Positions 50,436-63,671 of a stretch of DNA of 64,000 nt are shown piece after piece. The notes beneath the pieces are model-generated. The model made no database searches and had not been told where the DNA came from. It was given only the letters and a program-made list of their open reading frames with translations. Position numbers and translations under genes: made by a program. This stretch comes from Anthoceros angustus (Eukaryota; Plantae; Anthocerotophyta). Position 1 is the stretch's first letter; each line of letters begins with the position of its first letter. Location: the NCBI GenBank assembly GCA_010909165.1, contig MU008163.1:682001-746000 (forward strand). Direction: 5' to 3'.

Positions 50436-52255
50436 GATACTTTTATTTTTTATCTTTATAAAGGGAAGGTACACTATTACTTTCTAGATATGAAGGAAGT
50501 TCCTTTTTCTTGTTTGTACTCATCTTTCACATACATAAAAGGACATTATAAATGAAAGGGTTGAAGTGCCTTTTGGGTTCCCACTTCCACACCTCGAAAA
50601 GGCAGGGGCCAGCGCATTCCGTGATTCCACACCTCTTCCCTTCGTCTAGTTGTGTACCAGCCTTCTTTAGACTTGACTTGATCGGACCGGGTGCTTTGGA
50701 TGATCATGATGGGGTTGGATTCCTTGCGACTCCTTGGGATCGGAAGGCTTAGATGGAGACGATGGCGTTGGATGTCAATGTGGTGGCCAATACCGATTTA
50801 CGGGTCGGCATGGCCTTGGGGCATATGCCGCTTCCAGGCCATAGTCGAGTCCCCTCCAGTACTCCATGATGTCCTCCACGATCTACCAGTTCGGATTGCA
50901 CTTCATTGGGAAAACCCCACGGAACACTCCGCTTTAGTCCTGACTGACAATGGCCTCAACAAAGGCATTGCTCAAAGTATAAAGCATGTGCCTTAGAATG
51001 TCTAGGAACCACATGATGAGGTGTGCCGACCAGGCTAGCCCACGATCGCTCCACGGCCTCACGCACATCAATCTCCTTTCACACTGCGTGTCCCGCCGTG
51101 AGGTGCACACACATACATGTGCCCCATTGTGAAGTATGGGCCCCCCCATCGTCCAGCCTGCGTCTTGAAGGGCAGACTACAGCAAGCCCATGCCCATGAC
51201 CATGCCCAAGTCCAGTGAGCGCGAATGGCGTCCTTGTGTGAGGAGCTCGACTTCCATTTGGGTGGGGCCATTTCACCTTCCTTCCCACGCCACTCCATCA
51301 CGCTTTGACACAAATGTACCCACCCACACACGTCTTTTAGGTATGATTCATAACCAACAAAGTCGGGCTTGCAAACAGCGGTGTGCAAAAACTACATTTG
51401 TGACTTTCTTTTCTCTTCATCAACAACTATCGGTAGACAAAGGTAAATATTCGTCTTTCGGCGGAAGGCGGAAACAAAGTCTTCTCGACAAGCTGCAAGA
51501 ACCCTAAACATCGTCTGACGTGTAAAACACCGATCCACAACTCCCCATCACGATGTATGTATGGATTTATGGGTACAACATGGCGGCTGCGGCACAAAAC
51601 AAACCAACATGGCGGAAAGACATACACATAGAAGCGTCGCGCTGGCGCATCCAACCCTATACGGCGTGAGTTCACGCATTGCGGCACTAGGCTACACGGC
51701 CACACGTACTACTGGAAACGACTAAGGCGGAGAAACAAGGTAGAAACATGCGGAGGGCACGGCACTAGCGAGACACCTCCGGGAAGCACACGAACTTGAG
51801 CGGTGAAGGCTGCGAGAAAGCCTCGGAGCTTCTTGTGGAGGCGCGTGGGCTAACACAAGGCGGGTCTCGAGCTACACAACAATGCAACGCAAGAACGCCA
51901 ATCACTCCACGAACTCAACAGGTCACCCACAACTCCCCATCATGGTGCGTACATCAACTATGTATGTAGGGATAAGACATGGCGACTACCGGCCGTCGAC
52001 ATGGAGAAAAGTACAAGCGGCCGAGGTTAGGGGAGCTTACCTCGGGGACGGAAACACCAAAAGGCTGAAAGCTGCAGAAAGCCTACGGGATCAACTCCTG
52101 TGGAGTCGGTCGGATCTCGAGTGGATGTGGAGCTACCACTCCAGTAGCTTCAAGCAAGCCGCCCTACGTTAACCTCGCTCGGCAACCAATCAATGCTCCA
52201 TGCAAACCGGTGCCGACAATGGAGAGGAATAGCTAGTGCTCGCAAGGCAAGGCGG
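50435..52255. pseudogene. Deleted duplicate: P450 promoter and 5' exon (= 40447-40852) fused to ADC N-part and upstream region (= 46095-47600)
   Basis: Junction GGCATATGCCGCT|TCCAGGCCATAGTCGAGTCCCC at ~50832. Confidence 0.85.
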
Positions 52256-52520
52256 CGCCTCGAGGTTAACGTGGCGGGGCTTGCTTGAAGGCGTAACGAT
52301 AGTCGACATGTAAGCACTTTCAAGATGGTGCAACAACATAAATCACAACATAGGGATATATATACACACGTTCATGTTCTGCCTTACTACATGTAGCCCA
52401 ATTTTGAAGATGGTGGATAACATATGCACGTCCAGCTCGTCCCACTCCCCCACTCCAATGAATTACTCTCTGCGCCGAGGAATTTGTAGAGCATGATAAC
52501 AGTCCAAAAGATGACTTGGT

Positions 52521-52687
52521 ATCATGCCTGCAAATTTCTCGGCGCGGGAACTCATCCACCGAAGTGAAAGACTAAAAACAGTTGGTCGTTATGCAGTCTA
52601 CTATAAGCTCCTCCATAACGACCAGCTTCTCTCACTCCTCCATTTCGGTGAGCGAGTCCGCGCTCCGAGAAATTTGGAGCTCATGAT
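52521..52687. repeat. ~165-bp fold-back (MITE-like or pre-miRNA-like)
   Basis: AAATTTCTCGG..CACCGAAGTG pairs with CATTTCGGTG..CCGAGAAATTT; inner perfect GGTCGTTATG/CATAACGACC. Confidence 0.65.
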
Positions 52688-54899
52688 CTATATTTGTAAA
52701 AGGGGATCTCGTGTAGAAGGTTGCATACGCGTGAAGTTAGTGCACAAGGTAAATTGGGATGATTCACACATACGAGAGGTCTGAAAGATATTAATCTCGG
52801 ACTTATTAATTGAGGTATCCAATTAATTTATCTTTGTGTATATATGTCTATATATTATGTAATTAATATGAGATTTATGTTTATCTATATATGCTGGCTT
52901 TGAAGGGCTAAATAATAGTGCTGTTTGAGGTGTGCATATTCTTAAACTATTGTCATCCTTCATTATATTCATTGTCCCATAGGAAAATCATCACGTAAAA
53001 TCATTCATTCATTCATGATTGAGCATATAGGAGAAAGAGCATATTGGAATAATCGTAAACAGCATATCAAAAATAATAATTAGTCGAGCGGTTCATTTGG
53101 GAGAAGGTAAAAGATATGTTACACTACAAAAAAAGGACACATTATGTAGTTACTTTCGATCATGACCTTAGAAGACTTTACCCTCTTGTAGGACCGAAGG
53201 AGAAAGTTGATCAATATGTTTTCATTGAGCAACTATTAATGTGAACATATTTGCGACCTCGATTCTAGTACAACCTTTGTGTGAAGACAACCATAACGTC
53301 TAGGGTTTATTTGTAAACGGGATCTCGTGTCAAGGCTATATATGCGTGAAGTTGTCGTTAGATTAGGACGATTCACGGAGGTCCCAAAATATCAATCTCG
53401 GACTTATTAATTGAGGTATCTAATTTATTTAAGATCTATCTTCGTGTATATATGACTATATATTATCTAATTAATATAAGATTTATTTTTTCTATATATG
53501 CTGGTTTTGAAGGGCTAAATAATAGTGCTTGTTGAGGTGTGAATATGCTTTAACGATTGTCATCCTTCATTACATTCGATTGCCTCACGGAAATCATCAC
53601 GTACAAAATTAATTCTTGACGCCATATGGAACTTTGTTCCATTTGGGAATAAAAAGTACTCAAAGATGGAATATTGGGAATAACAAGTCTCTTTTGCTTG
53701 CAACTAGTCCATGAAGTGTGCTTGTTCAATGAATATATTGTGCCATAATCATTCATGTCGAAACAATCATAATCTCAACTAGTTTGTGTATATCCGGATA
53801 GTTGTGGTGCAATCTCGGTGCCCTAACGTATTGGGCTGGTATCAAAATCGTCTATAGACTAGGTAGATTCTTCTTGTATGTACTACTTTGATGTCTTGTT
53901 GGGATAAACAATAAAGTTGACCTTGCTCTCCTTGATCATATCTAGAGCTTTGGCGGAAATTCTTTGTAAGCACATGGGATGCTTTTCTTGGTCTTTGTTA
54001 CCAAATATTTTGATATGATACGTAGAATTCTTCACTACATACTAGCATTTTAAGTCTTCTTACCCACCATTTAAAACTAAATGGAGCATACCATCTTAGT
54101 GTGCTAAGTTAGTTAAGAACTTGATTTTATAGAGTAATATTGAAATATCCACGTTAGGTAGTTTGTAAGGTAGTTGGAATTTTGAGCAATGACACCTTCA
54201 TCCTCCACAGTCCAGTTTGAATGTTCAGACACAATACTATATTCATTTATTCATTCATTCATTCACCCAAAGTCCAATCAAACTCCAGTGCGAGCTAAGT
54301 TAGATGCCAAGGCACAACACTATACTCATTTGTAGACCAAGCAAGCTAGCCCACCTTTGTCCTTTGTGGAGATTAGTTTTGTGGAGTTGTGCTCTTGTAT
54401 GCAATGAAAGCTGATCCCAGGGCTCTCGGGTGCATTGAATCGCGAATGCTTAAAGGCGTTGTAGTACAAAGGCAATTCAAACACAGTTAAGTTTTAGAGA
54501 TACCTCATCAAGTGGCATGAAATTTCCAAGGTGTTCCAAGGAGGCTGTTATGAGAGTGAGGAACCAACTTACAATCAGCCCCCTCTACAACGCACACCTT
54601 AGTCCAAGGGGACAGGAACCATATATATACAAACATGGCATCTCACAATGCGCAATTGAATTGGAGGCACCGAGGGCGTGCGAATAAAGGCCATTCCGCG
54701 TGGCAGCAATGAAGCCACGATACGGCGTGATAGCGACAAGGAACCGAAATGTATATGTACTAGGGCACGCCCATGGCCCCATCTGATCGTCTTGTGTATA
54801 AATGCTTGTGGTACAATCGAGGTGCCTCGATGCAATGGATTGGCGTGCTATCCTATCCAAGGCGATGCTCGATTGCATGAGGGTTTAGACTTTAAATGC

Positions 54900-55360
54900 A
54901 ATGCCGATATGATCCAAAGGATCTGAGCAGGATCCTTCATTTCATACTGATTCATTGGATACCCAAATATTGGATCTGCAACAAGCATTGGGTAGGTTGG
55001 CATTATTAACTTCTGAGGACATGGCATTAATAGATGTTGGATATCCAACTATGACTATTGAAGAGTATGTCAACTTTGAGCAGGATGAAAAATGTGGAGA
55101 CAACATTTGTTCCCACTATTCCAAAAGAAAGTAGTGACAATGCCACCCCTACCACAATAGACTATGGAAGATGCCATCAAAGGTTTGGAGGCAGCAAGAA
55201 CTTCCCCGATACACATGCCACACGACACTACAGAACACATGCCACACGACACTACAGAATCTTTGGCGTTGCTTAATGTCTTTGAGAAACACGTGATTAG
55301 TCATTATCTCAAAGTATCGTGGGTGCAAAGGATTATTGTCGGATTATTTCATAGCACAAT
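54900..55360 (+). mobile_element. Probable pogo/Tigger-like transposase C-terminal remnant
   Basis: DTQILDLQQALGRL..MTIEEYVNFEQDE..TMEDAIKGLEAART..Q..SDYF resembles pogo-family C-termini; no DDE core or TIR seen. Confidence 0.4.
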
Positions 55361-57054
55361 AGACTTTTAGGTGTGATTGAAGACTCCTAGGCTAAGCTTT
55401 TTATGATAGGTAGAGGTTATTTAATGCTGCTTAGAGAGAGTGCTAGCTTTCAAGCAACTATGTAGAGAACGGTAAAAGTTATTTTAGTGAAACCTATCAA
55501 TCAAAATTTGAATTTTCTTTTTGGATTTTTTTATTTTTCAATTTATAATATTTTTATTTTTAAATGGGAAGCGTATCAAAATATTTCTGGCAGCACCACC
55601 AAGAAAGCATCCCATGTACATATAAAAAATTGAATTTCTCGCCAAAGCTCTAGATATGATCAAAGAGAGCAGTGTCCACTTAATTGTTTATCCCAACAAG
55701 ACAACAAAGTAGTACATACAAGAAGGATCTACCTAGTCGAAAGACGATTTTGAAATGATATCATTGGACAAGATACCACACCGGTCCAATGCACTAGGAC
55801 ACCTCGGATTGCACCACAACCATCCATACACAAACTAGTGGAGATCATGCTTGTTTCTAACTTGAATGACCTGGGCACGATATACTCATTGAACAAGCAC
55901 ACTTCATATACTAGTTGCAAGCAAAAGAGACTTGTTATTCCCAATATTCCATCTTTGGAGTACTTGTTATTCCCAAGTAGGGCAAAGTCTCATCGGTGCT
56001 TAATAATTAATTGTTTTACGTGATGATTTTCCCTATGGGACTACAATGAAAGATGGACAATCGTTTAAGGATATTCACACCTCAACCGTCACTATTATTT
56101 AGTGATATAAAGCTAGCATATATAGATAAAAATAAATCTCATCTTAATTACATAATATATAGACATAAATACACAAAGATAAATATTAAATTAATACCTC
56201 AATTAATAAGTCCAAGATTGATATCTTTATAAGTGGGTTTTATTGAGGTGAAAAACCGATGGGAAAAGCCCATCCGGAGGGGACAACCAAAGGGGACCGG
56301 TCGAGGTGGAGAGGAGCAACTAAGCTCCCTACCTAAAGTCACCTCACACCCACAATGTCATATGCATGAAGAATAAGCGGCCTGCAAACCACGGAGGTAG
56401 AGGAAGATCGTCACCTAGTGTCGCCGCCTTGTGGAGGATCACGTTGGGGCGCTTGGTTGAAGGGCAATTGAAACCCGTTGTCGGAGTATGCTATGAAGTA
56501 CGAGAGGGACAGCCCGCAGTGTACGCATGGTAAGCTTTGGCAGGACTTGACAAATTTGTCAAAGTCCTCGACCATTACTTATCGTTTTAATGCAAGCGGA
56601 ATAAAGAGATGGCCCGCTTGCATCCCGCTATATTTGCGGACCTTGAGAGCCGTTGCTCGGTAGCCAACACGGATGGTTAGTGATGACACAGGCACGATAT
56701 ACTCATTGAACAAGCACACTTCATATACTAGTTGCAAGCAAAAGAGACTTGTTATTCCCAATATTCCATCTTTGGAGTACTTGTTATTCCCAAGTAGGGC
56801 AAAGTCTCATCGGTGCTTAATAATTAATTGTTTTACGTGATGATTTTCCCTATGGGACTACAATGAAAGATGGACAATCGTTTAAGGATATTCACACCTC
56901 AACCGTCACTATTATTTAGTGATATAAAGCTAGCATATATAGATAAAAATAAATCTCATCTTAATTACATAATATATAGACATAAATACACAAAGATAAA
57001 TATTAAATTAATACCTCAATTAATAAGTCCAAGATTGATATCTTTATAAGTGGG

Positions 57055-59700
57055 TTTTTATTGAGGTGAAAAAACCGATGGGAAAAGCCCATCCAGGAGG
57101 GGACAACCAAAGGGGACCAGGGGGTCGAGGTGGAGAGGAGCAACTAAGCTCCCTACCTAAAGTCACCTACTGCACCGACAATGTCATATGCAGGAAGAAT
57201 AAACGGCCTGCAAACCACGGAGGTAGAGGAAGATCGTCACCTAGTGTCGCCGCCTTGTGGAGGATCACGTTGGGAGCGCCTGCTGAAGGGCAATTGAAAC
57301 CCGTTGTCGGAGTATGCTATGAAGTACGAGAGGGACCCTCATGTTCTGCACGCATGGTAAGCTTTGGCAGGACTTGACAAATTTGTCAAAGTCCTCGACC
57401 ATTACCCATCGTTTTAATGCAAGCGGAATAAAGAGATGGCCGCTTGCATCCCGCTATATTGCGGACCTTGAGAGCCGTTGCTCGGTGACCAACTGGATGG
57501 TTAGTGATGACTGGCGGAGATGGTGTCTCGTGTAGGATCGGTAACCACCACATCCGCCACCGAAACACAGTCGCCACGGACAAGTGCAGGTCGATTACGA
57601 TTGAGCGACTGCGGAGAGTATACACCGCTCCCTCCGGGCATGTAGCGCTTTCGCGGCGATGGCGAACATGACATCGCGGATGGCATCGTGAGTGGCAATG
57701 CGATGACCCGTGGGGCGGCGACAAGGTGTGTCACCGATTGAACGACCAGACGGAGAGTATACACCGCTCCCTCCGGGCATGTAGCGCTTTCGCGGCGATG
57801 GCGAACATGACATCGCGGATGGCATCGTGAGTGGCAATGCGATGACCCGTGGGGACAACGAGCAAGGTGTACCCAGAATCATCGAGGCGGGCGCACTCGC
57901 AAGTAAGGCGAAGAAGCCACGAGCTCGGCGGGCCAAAACGGAATCGCATCGCGATGGTGAAGGTGGTTGGTGCGATGTGAAACCCGTATGCATGGGCGGG
58001 CGGTAGCCAAGCACTGCGCCCTTCCGAGAATAAGCGGGAGGCGCTCTTGTGGACTGGATGGAGGGTCTGGAGGATGATCGGAAAGCTGGCGGCGCTTCTC
58101 GGCGAGGATGCTTGCAACCCCGATACCATCGGTAATAAATATCGAGAAAGGAGGAAGTCCTTAGAGCATCCATTGATAACATGTCCCTAGCTTGCCTCAA
58201 GGGCGTTTGAGAGAAGGTTCCCTCATCCACTCCGGATCGAGATCCTCCGGAAAGGGCCTGTCATGGAGGATGAGCGAGAAGCCAAAGCGAGGCAGAGGGC
58301 CCAAGCGCCTGTGAAAGCCGTCGGGAAGAGACCTCCAGTGAGGCAGACCTATGCCTCAAATTGCAGTGGGGCGCTTGCAGTGAGCGGATCGCCCATAGGG
58401 CACTCAAAAGCCCCAGGCGGGATATCCCCAAGAGTATTCATAATCTTCCTATCAAACCGCCGGTAGGGACAAAAGGGTCGGGGGCGGAGGCGTGTCACGA
58501 TAGGGTAACCGGGCGCCTAGCAAAAGCAGGAGGAAAGAATTCCAAAGGCCACTGTATCCTCTAGCAAAGGGAGGTCCTCGACATGGGAGAGGTCCTTTGC
58601 GAGCGTCCAGAAGCTCCATGAAGTCAAGGGAACCGAAGGGACCCCTAGAATCCGCAGTCCCAAAGCCGGAGCAATCTCCCCAGCAGGAAACTACAAAGTA
58701 GGTAGAATCCCCGATGGACGCGGCACTGGGACAGCTTGACCTTCAAGCCCACCAAGAAAGCTTATGAGAGAAGAGCTCAAAGGCCTCCTTGACTTTGTCC
58801 CCAGGCCTGAGGATGTGAGAATTGTTTGCCAGCAAAGGGAAGACACAGTCGCGCGCTGAGAAGGCGGCCCTAGATAGGGCCCTCTAGTGAGCAATGGCGA
58901 AGAGAGCACCGCCCAGGGGGTCGCCTTGCCTGGTACTTGTGGCCGATTCTAAGACAGAGAAAGCAAATCCTGAAGAGAGGTTCTTGTGCTGGTAGTAGAG
59001 GTTGGGGGACCTCCCGTAGAAGCACCGGACAAAAGGTATAAGGCTCCCCAGGACGCCGCCAGCATCCTTAAGCTCTTCGAAGATGACGCTCCTAGAGATG
59101 GTATTGAAGGCATTCTTGACATCAACCTGTAAGACCACCCACTCCGGTTGGGTATCAAGGCATGCCTTCACTCCAAGCACCTCAGACTCACAGCCCCCCG
59201 GTGTGGCAATGCCAAATTGAAGGGGGTTGAGGTGCTGCTGGAGAAGGGAGCGGCACTAAAGGGCAATAGTGAGGTTGAGCAGCCGCATGAAGGCTTCCCC
59301 GACCGCGAGTGGGCGCACGCCCGAGCCTGGGGCAGGCTTGTCCATAGTGACAAGCCTGCTAGCTGCAAGAACATGGGAAATCCGGTGAGGTGTCTCACCT
59401 CGAGCCACCGTAGCGGCCAGAGAAAAGAGCTCTAGGAAGCCAGTAGATGGATCTTCGGGGAGAAAAAGGTCCCTGAGGTGTTCAAACACCATTCCTGACA
59501 ACCCGGCAGATGAAAGACGTGGGGTCGTAGAGAATGCCGAAGCAAAAGCTGCCCGATCCAGGGAGAAGGGATCCTCTAGGACATAGTCGGATATGTCCGG
59601 GGGGATGGCATCCTTGGGTGCTGGATGGAGGGCACGGAGGGCAACAATGGTCTCTTCAGAAGCGGGGGCCAAGGGGAGGGGTCGAAGAGCCCTGGCAGCG
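57055..59700 (-). mobile_element. 5'-truncated CRE-like (RLE-type) non-LTR retrotransposon, dead; 3' end duplicated at ~56236-56690
   Basis: ALRALHP, SAGLSGMVFEHL, VRPLAVGE, QVDVKNAFNTISR, RQGDPLGGALF; CEC..D..G..HDAIRD zinc knuckle; ADVVVTDPT RLE core; FIPLA..RQRVSIALQ; 3' AATAAAAA. Confidence 0.85.
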
Positions 59701-61680
59701 TGAGCATATTCACCTGCCTGGCCAAGTACATTCCTTCCGCATGGTGTATGTCACCACATGTTTGATTACAACTGCTGTGATCCTGTCTTGTTCTTCTCTT
59801 ATGGCCTTTACAGCTTCTAAGGTGTGACATGTATCAACACCTCCCTCTTGCAATTTTTGGCTTCCATTCCGTAGGCACTTGAAAGATCTTCAGCCTTCTT
59901 CCTCTGTTGCTACAAAGCTCCCTTGTGATGCGGAGCTCTTCCCTGTGACCCTTGGCTACAGGGAAGAGCTCTTGCAGTCCATCATATTTTCCCTTGTAAT
60001 ATTCCTTCCGCTGCTCCATGGTCACAATCTTTTACGTAGGAAGTCCTTCTTATCTTCAAGATCCTTGCATACCTTGCCTACTGCCAAAGCTTCGGCCTCC
60101 CTTTCCTATACTGCTTCTCCCACCCTTGCCAGGGCAGTCCTCATTTCTACCGCCGCTTGTTTCTTTGTGGCTTCCATCTCCTCAGCCTTCCTTGCTGAAT
60201 GTGGAGAATAGAGCCACCTTAATAGCCACGTTAAAATTCACCTGTTGTTAAGGTGGTTGGATGGTGGAGTGGTCAGTTGTGCCACACCTCCATCTTGTAG
60301 CCCAGCTGCAAATTCAGCCTGCCGTGAGCGCTCTACCACGGCCTCTCCTACAGGGTTCAGAACACAGCCCTATCATGCCATCCTCACATCGTGACTCCAC
60401 TGCGAGCACCTCCATATGCTTCGGCACCGTATGGTCCCCTCTTGCAAATGTTTCTTAGCATGATGAGAAGGGGAGGAAAACTGTTTTCTCATCTTCCTCC
60501 CAGGGTTCTCTGTTTAGTGCACCATAACTTCAGCTCTCTTCCTTCTTCAGCCTTTGCCTTGTGGCGTTCAACCTCCTCCAACATGTGCTAGGCACTCTCC
60601 AATTCCTTCCTTCACCCCAAACTATGGTGGGTCTCTCTCAAACGTCTTGGACACTCCTCCTTGCTTGGCATGGCCCCACGGTGTCCATACCATGGTAGGT
60701 ATGATACCTAGCCTCGTGGGTGCAATACCTACCATGGTAGTGTCGTACCTACCACGATGGGTTCCACCCTACCAACCATTTCTTGGCCCTCACATCATGT
60801 TCCTGGAGCCTCTCCTGTGGTTGAGAACCACGGCCCTATCATGCCATCCTCACATCGTGACTCCACTGCGAGCACCTCCATATGCTTCGGCACCGTATGG
60901 TCCCCTCTTGCAAATGTTTCTTAGCATGATGAGAAGGGGAGGAAAACTGTTTTCTCATCTTCCTCCCAGGGTTCTCTGTTTAGTGCACCATAACTTCAGC
61001 TCTCTTCCTGTCTTCTTCAGCCTTTGCCTTGTGGCGTTCAACCTCCTCCAACATGTGCTAGGCACTCTCCAATTTCCCTTCCTTCACCCCCAAACTATGG
61101 TGGGTCTCTCTCGAAACGTCTTGGACACTCCCTCCTTGCTTGGCATGGCCCCCTGGTGTCCATACCATGGTAGGTATGATACCTAGCCTCGTAGGTGCAA
61201 TACCTACCATGGTAGGTGTCGTACCTACCACGATAGGTTCCACCCTACCAACCATTTCTTGGCCCTCACATCTGTGTTCCTGGAGCCTCTCCTTGGGGCT
61301 CCCTTGAGGATGCTCCCTCCTCCGTTTGGTGCAAGTTGACATAACATTCCTCAATCAACTCTGAATTCGAATAAGCCCAATATCTACCATACACCAAATT
61401 TAGCTGAATATTCTGCTTCGCTGCCCAAGGCCTGAAATTTGCAAGGTCTTTTGAAGACAATTTCCCTCCAAAGCACATGAATTGTGGCATATCTAGCTTC
61501 CATCCTTTAGGGCCTGGACTTCCTGCCTTAGGCTTCTTGCCTTTGCCTGCCCTACTTTCCTTTGTGGATGTCTTGGTCTTAGTGCCCGCCTCCTTTCCCT
61601 TCGCTTTGGAAGGCCTTGTCATGGCTTCTTTGTTGAGCTCTTGCACAAAGTTGAGAAAAAGGGTCACTTCTCCTGCAACT
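59700..61680 (-). pseudogene. Diverged homolog of the element A extra ORF (fragment of a related retroelement family)
   Basis: LDMPQFMCFGGKLSSKDLANFRPWAAKQNIQLNLVYGRYWAYSNSELIEECYVNLHQ aligns with LVMPQFTCFG..IQLGWVYGRQWAYTNLELIEECYINLHQ; downstream coiled coil (EMEATKKQAAVEMRTALARVGEA); TACCATGGTAG motifs. Confidence 0.75.
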
Positions 61681-61734
61681 CTTACACTATTTGCCGGATT
61701 CCTACCACCATAGGTGACATTTCTTCCTTACAAT

Positions 61735-62530
61735 TTTCACACACAATCCACGGCCTTGACCTCTCCCTACACTTTGCAGCAGAACGGAGTAGCTGAGCAT
61801 TTAAATCTAACCTTGCAGGAGATGACATCCTCTTTGTTACATCATGCTCAGCTTCCTCTAGCTTATTGGGCTGAAGCTCTAATGACGTCAACATATCTTC
61901 GCAATAGGTTACCTACAAACGCTGTCGGTGATATGATACCATATGAGGCCTTCACTGAAGAACGCCATCCTTACTTCAGTTGAGGACCTTCGGTTGTCTT
62001 GCATATGCCTTTATTCCTAAAGAAAAGCGCAAGGAATTTTCAGACAAGGCTCGGAAGCTACTTATGCTGGGCTATACAGAAGGCATTAAAGCCTATAAGC
62101 TGTATAATGTCCCTCATCACAAAGTCATCTACTCCAGAAGTGTTACCTTTGACGAAAGCCGCGCTTGGGTTTCAGTGAGAGTTAATCTTCCCTCTGAGGG
62201 TGCCGTAGATGATAGCTTCGATGTCCTTCCAGCAGTTACTACTTTTGATTCTGGAACCCAGCTCCATTCTGAGGACATTTTTCTTGCATGAGAAGGCACA
62301 GATGATGAATATACCGTATAGACAAGGAGTAGGGAAACTTATCTACGCCGCAAACACCTCTCGTCTAGAAGTCGCTTATGGTATAAGCATTCTTTCGCAA
62401 TACCTTGAAAACCCTGGACAACAGCATTGGTCAAGTGTTAAGCGTGTATTTCGTTATCCGAAGGGAACACCACACAGAGGCATCAAGTACTGCTATAAAA
62501 AAGGAAAAGGTCTTGATCTTACAGTTTACC
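61735..62530 (+). mobile_element. Internally deleted Ty1/copia fragment (integrase C-half fused to RT C-terminus)
   Basis: QQNGVAE..LPLAYWAEA..YLRNRLPT..LRTFGCLAYAFIPKEKR..YSRSVTFDES, then IPYRQGVGKLIY..LSQYLENPGQQHWSSVKRVFRY. Confidence 0.9.
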
Positions 62531-62546
62531 TAATGCAACACTTGGA

Positions 62547-63671
62547 ATGCCCTTCGAGAGCCCATCCAGCAACGGCGGGTTTGGGGAGCTGGCACAGAAG
62601 CTTGAAGGACCCGCATTGTGGGATATGACCGTGCTCCGGGTACAAATGATCAACGCCCGCCTTCCAGGCAAGCCAATTTGGCAGTGGGATCATGCAATTG
62701 CTCTTTCTGGCGGGGATTACGCAGTTGCACATGCGTACCGATTGGAGGACGTCCCACCACTGCAATTCGGCCCCTCTGGGCGGGAACGGTGGGCATTCCA
62801 GCTTGTAGAGCCGTCTGGCTTCTTCACCTCGGAGAAGAAGAATTGGTTGATCACGTTATCAACCAATGATGTTGGCCCTTAGAATGTGCGTACGAAGGAC
62901 AAGTGGAAGATCCCCAAGCCTTGATATGTGGGATGTGATCCTAGGTTGGGCAAGGGCATCATGGAACGCCTGAGGGAGATTGCTGGCTTTGTCGTCGACA
63001 TCCTGGATGAGATGAAGAAACGGGATTAAACGATTGCCACCTTCGTGGAGTTGTGCACTCCATCAACATGTGTTATGTTTCATTGCCGCCTTGCCGCAAA
63101 CCGATATGACATCCGAGTTATAGAGCTCGCACCTTGCTTCTTGGACGAGCCGAAGCCGGCAAGTTGTTTAACCGCTGAGAACAGTTTGAAGGAAGACATC
63201 GAGAGCGAGTTGCGGTGGGTGAAGTGGAGCGACCACAGATGGAAAATGCTTGAGCGCACTGTTGGGCCAAGATGGGATGAGGAGCGCATGACGTTGTGGA
63301 CAGGGGCCGAAAAGGGTGTGGGAGGATTGGTGTCTGCAGCATCCAAGGTTGGTGGGAAGCTCGCCATTCTGAAGAAGGAGGTTGACAGACAATGGTGTGT
63401 GGGCTTCGAACACAAGATCCCTTTCGTATACAACCATTGCCACCATTTCATTGCATATGCCGATTTCCGTCTGAATGACAAAGGGATCTTCCATGTCATG
63501 GAAGCATGTGATTTGATTGTGAAGTGTTGTCACTGCATCGGCAGTAGGAAAGGGCATGCTTTGGTGGTTGGGGCAACCTTTGCCTTTGTCTTTACGCCGA
63601 CAGACCTCAATAGTCCTTTGGAGGTGCAAGTCCGTCGCGGCCTTTCCAAGTTGGATTTTCTCTTTGGTTAG
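62547..63671 (+). pseudogene. Unidentified intronless ~375-codon frame with three in-frame stops
   Basis: ORFs 62547-62882 and 63045-63671 share a frame and are linked by protein-like sequence (GKGIMERLREIAGFVVDILDEMKKRD); antisense frames show typical shadow composition. Confidence 0.5.

Noticed and set aside
55210-61290. Tandem duplications (24-bp at 55211-55258; 55875-56690 vs 56690-57500; 57610-57720 vs 57752-57856; 60370-60800 vs 60835-61290) as functional arrays
   Set aside because: The larger ones are near-identical and differ by indels like the artefact-suspect duplications elsewhere; no functional signal.
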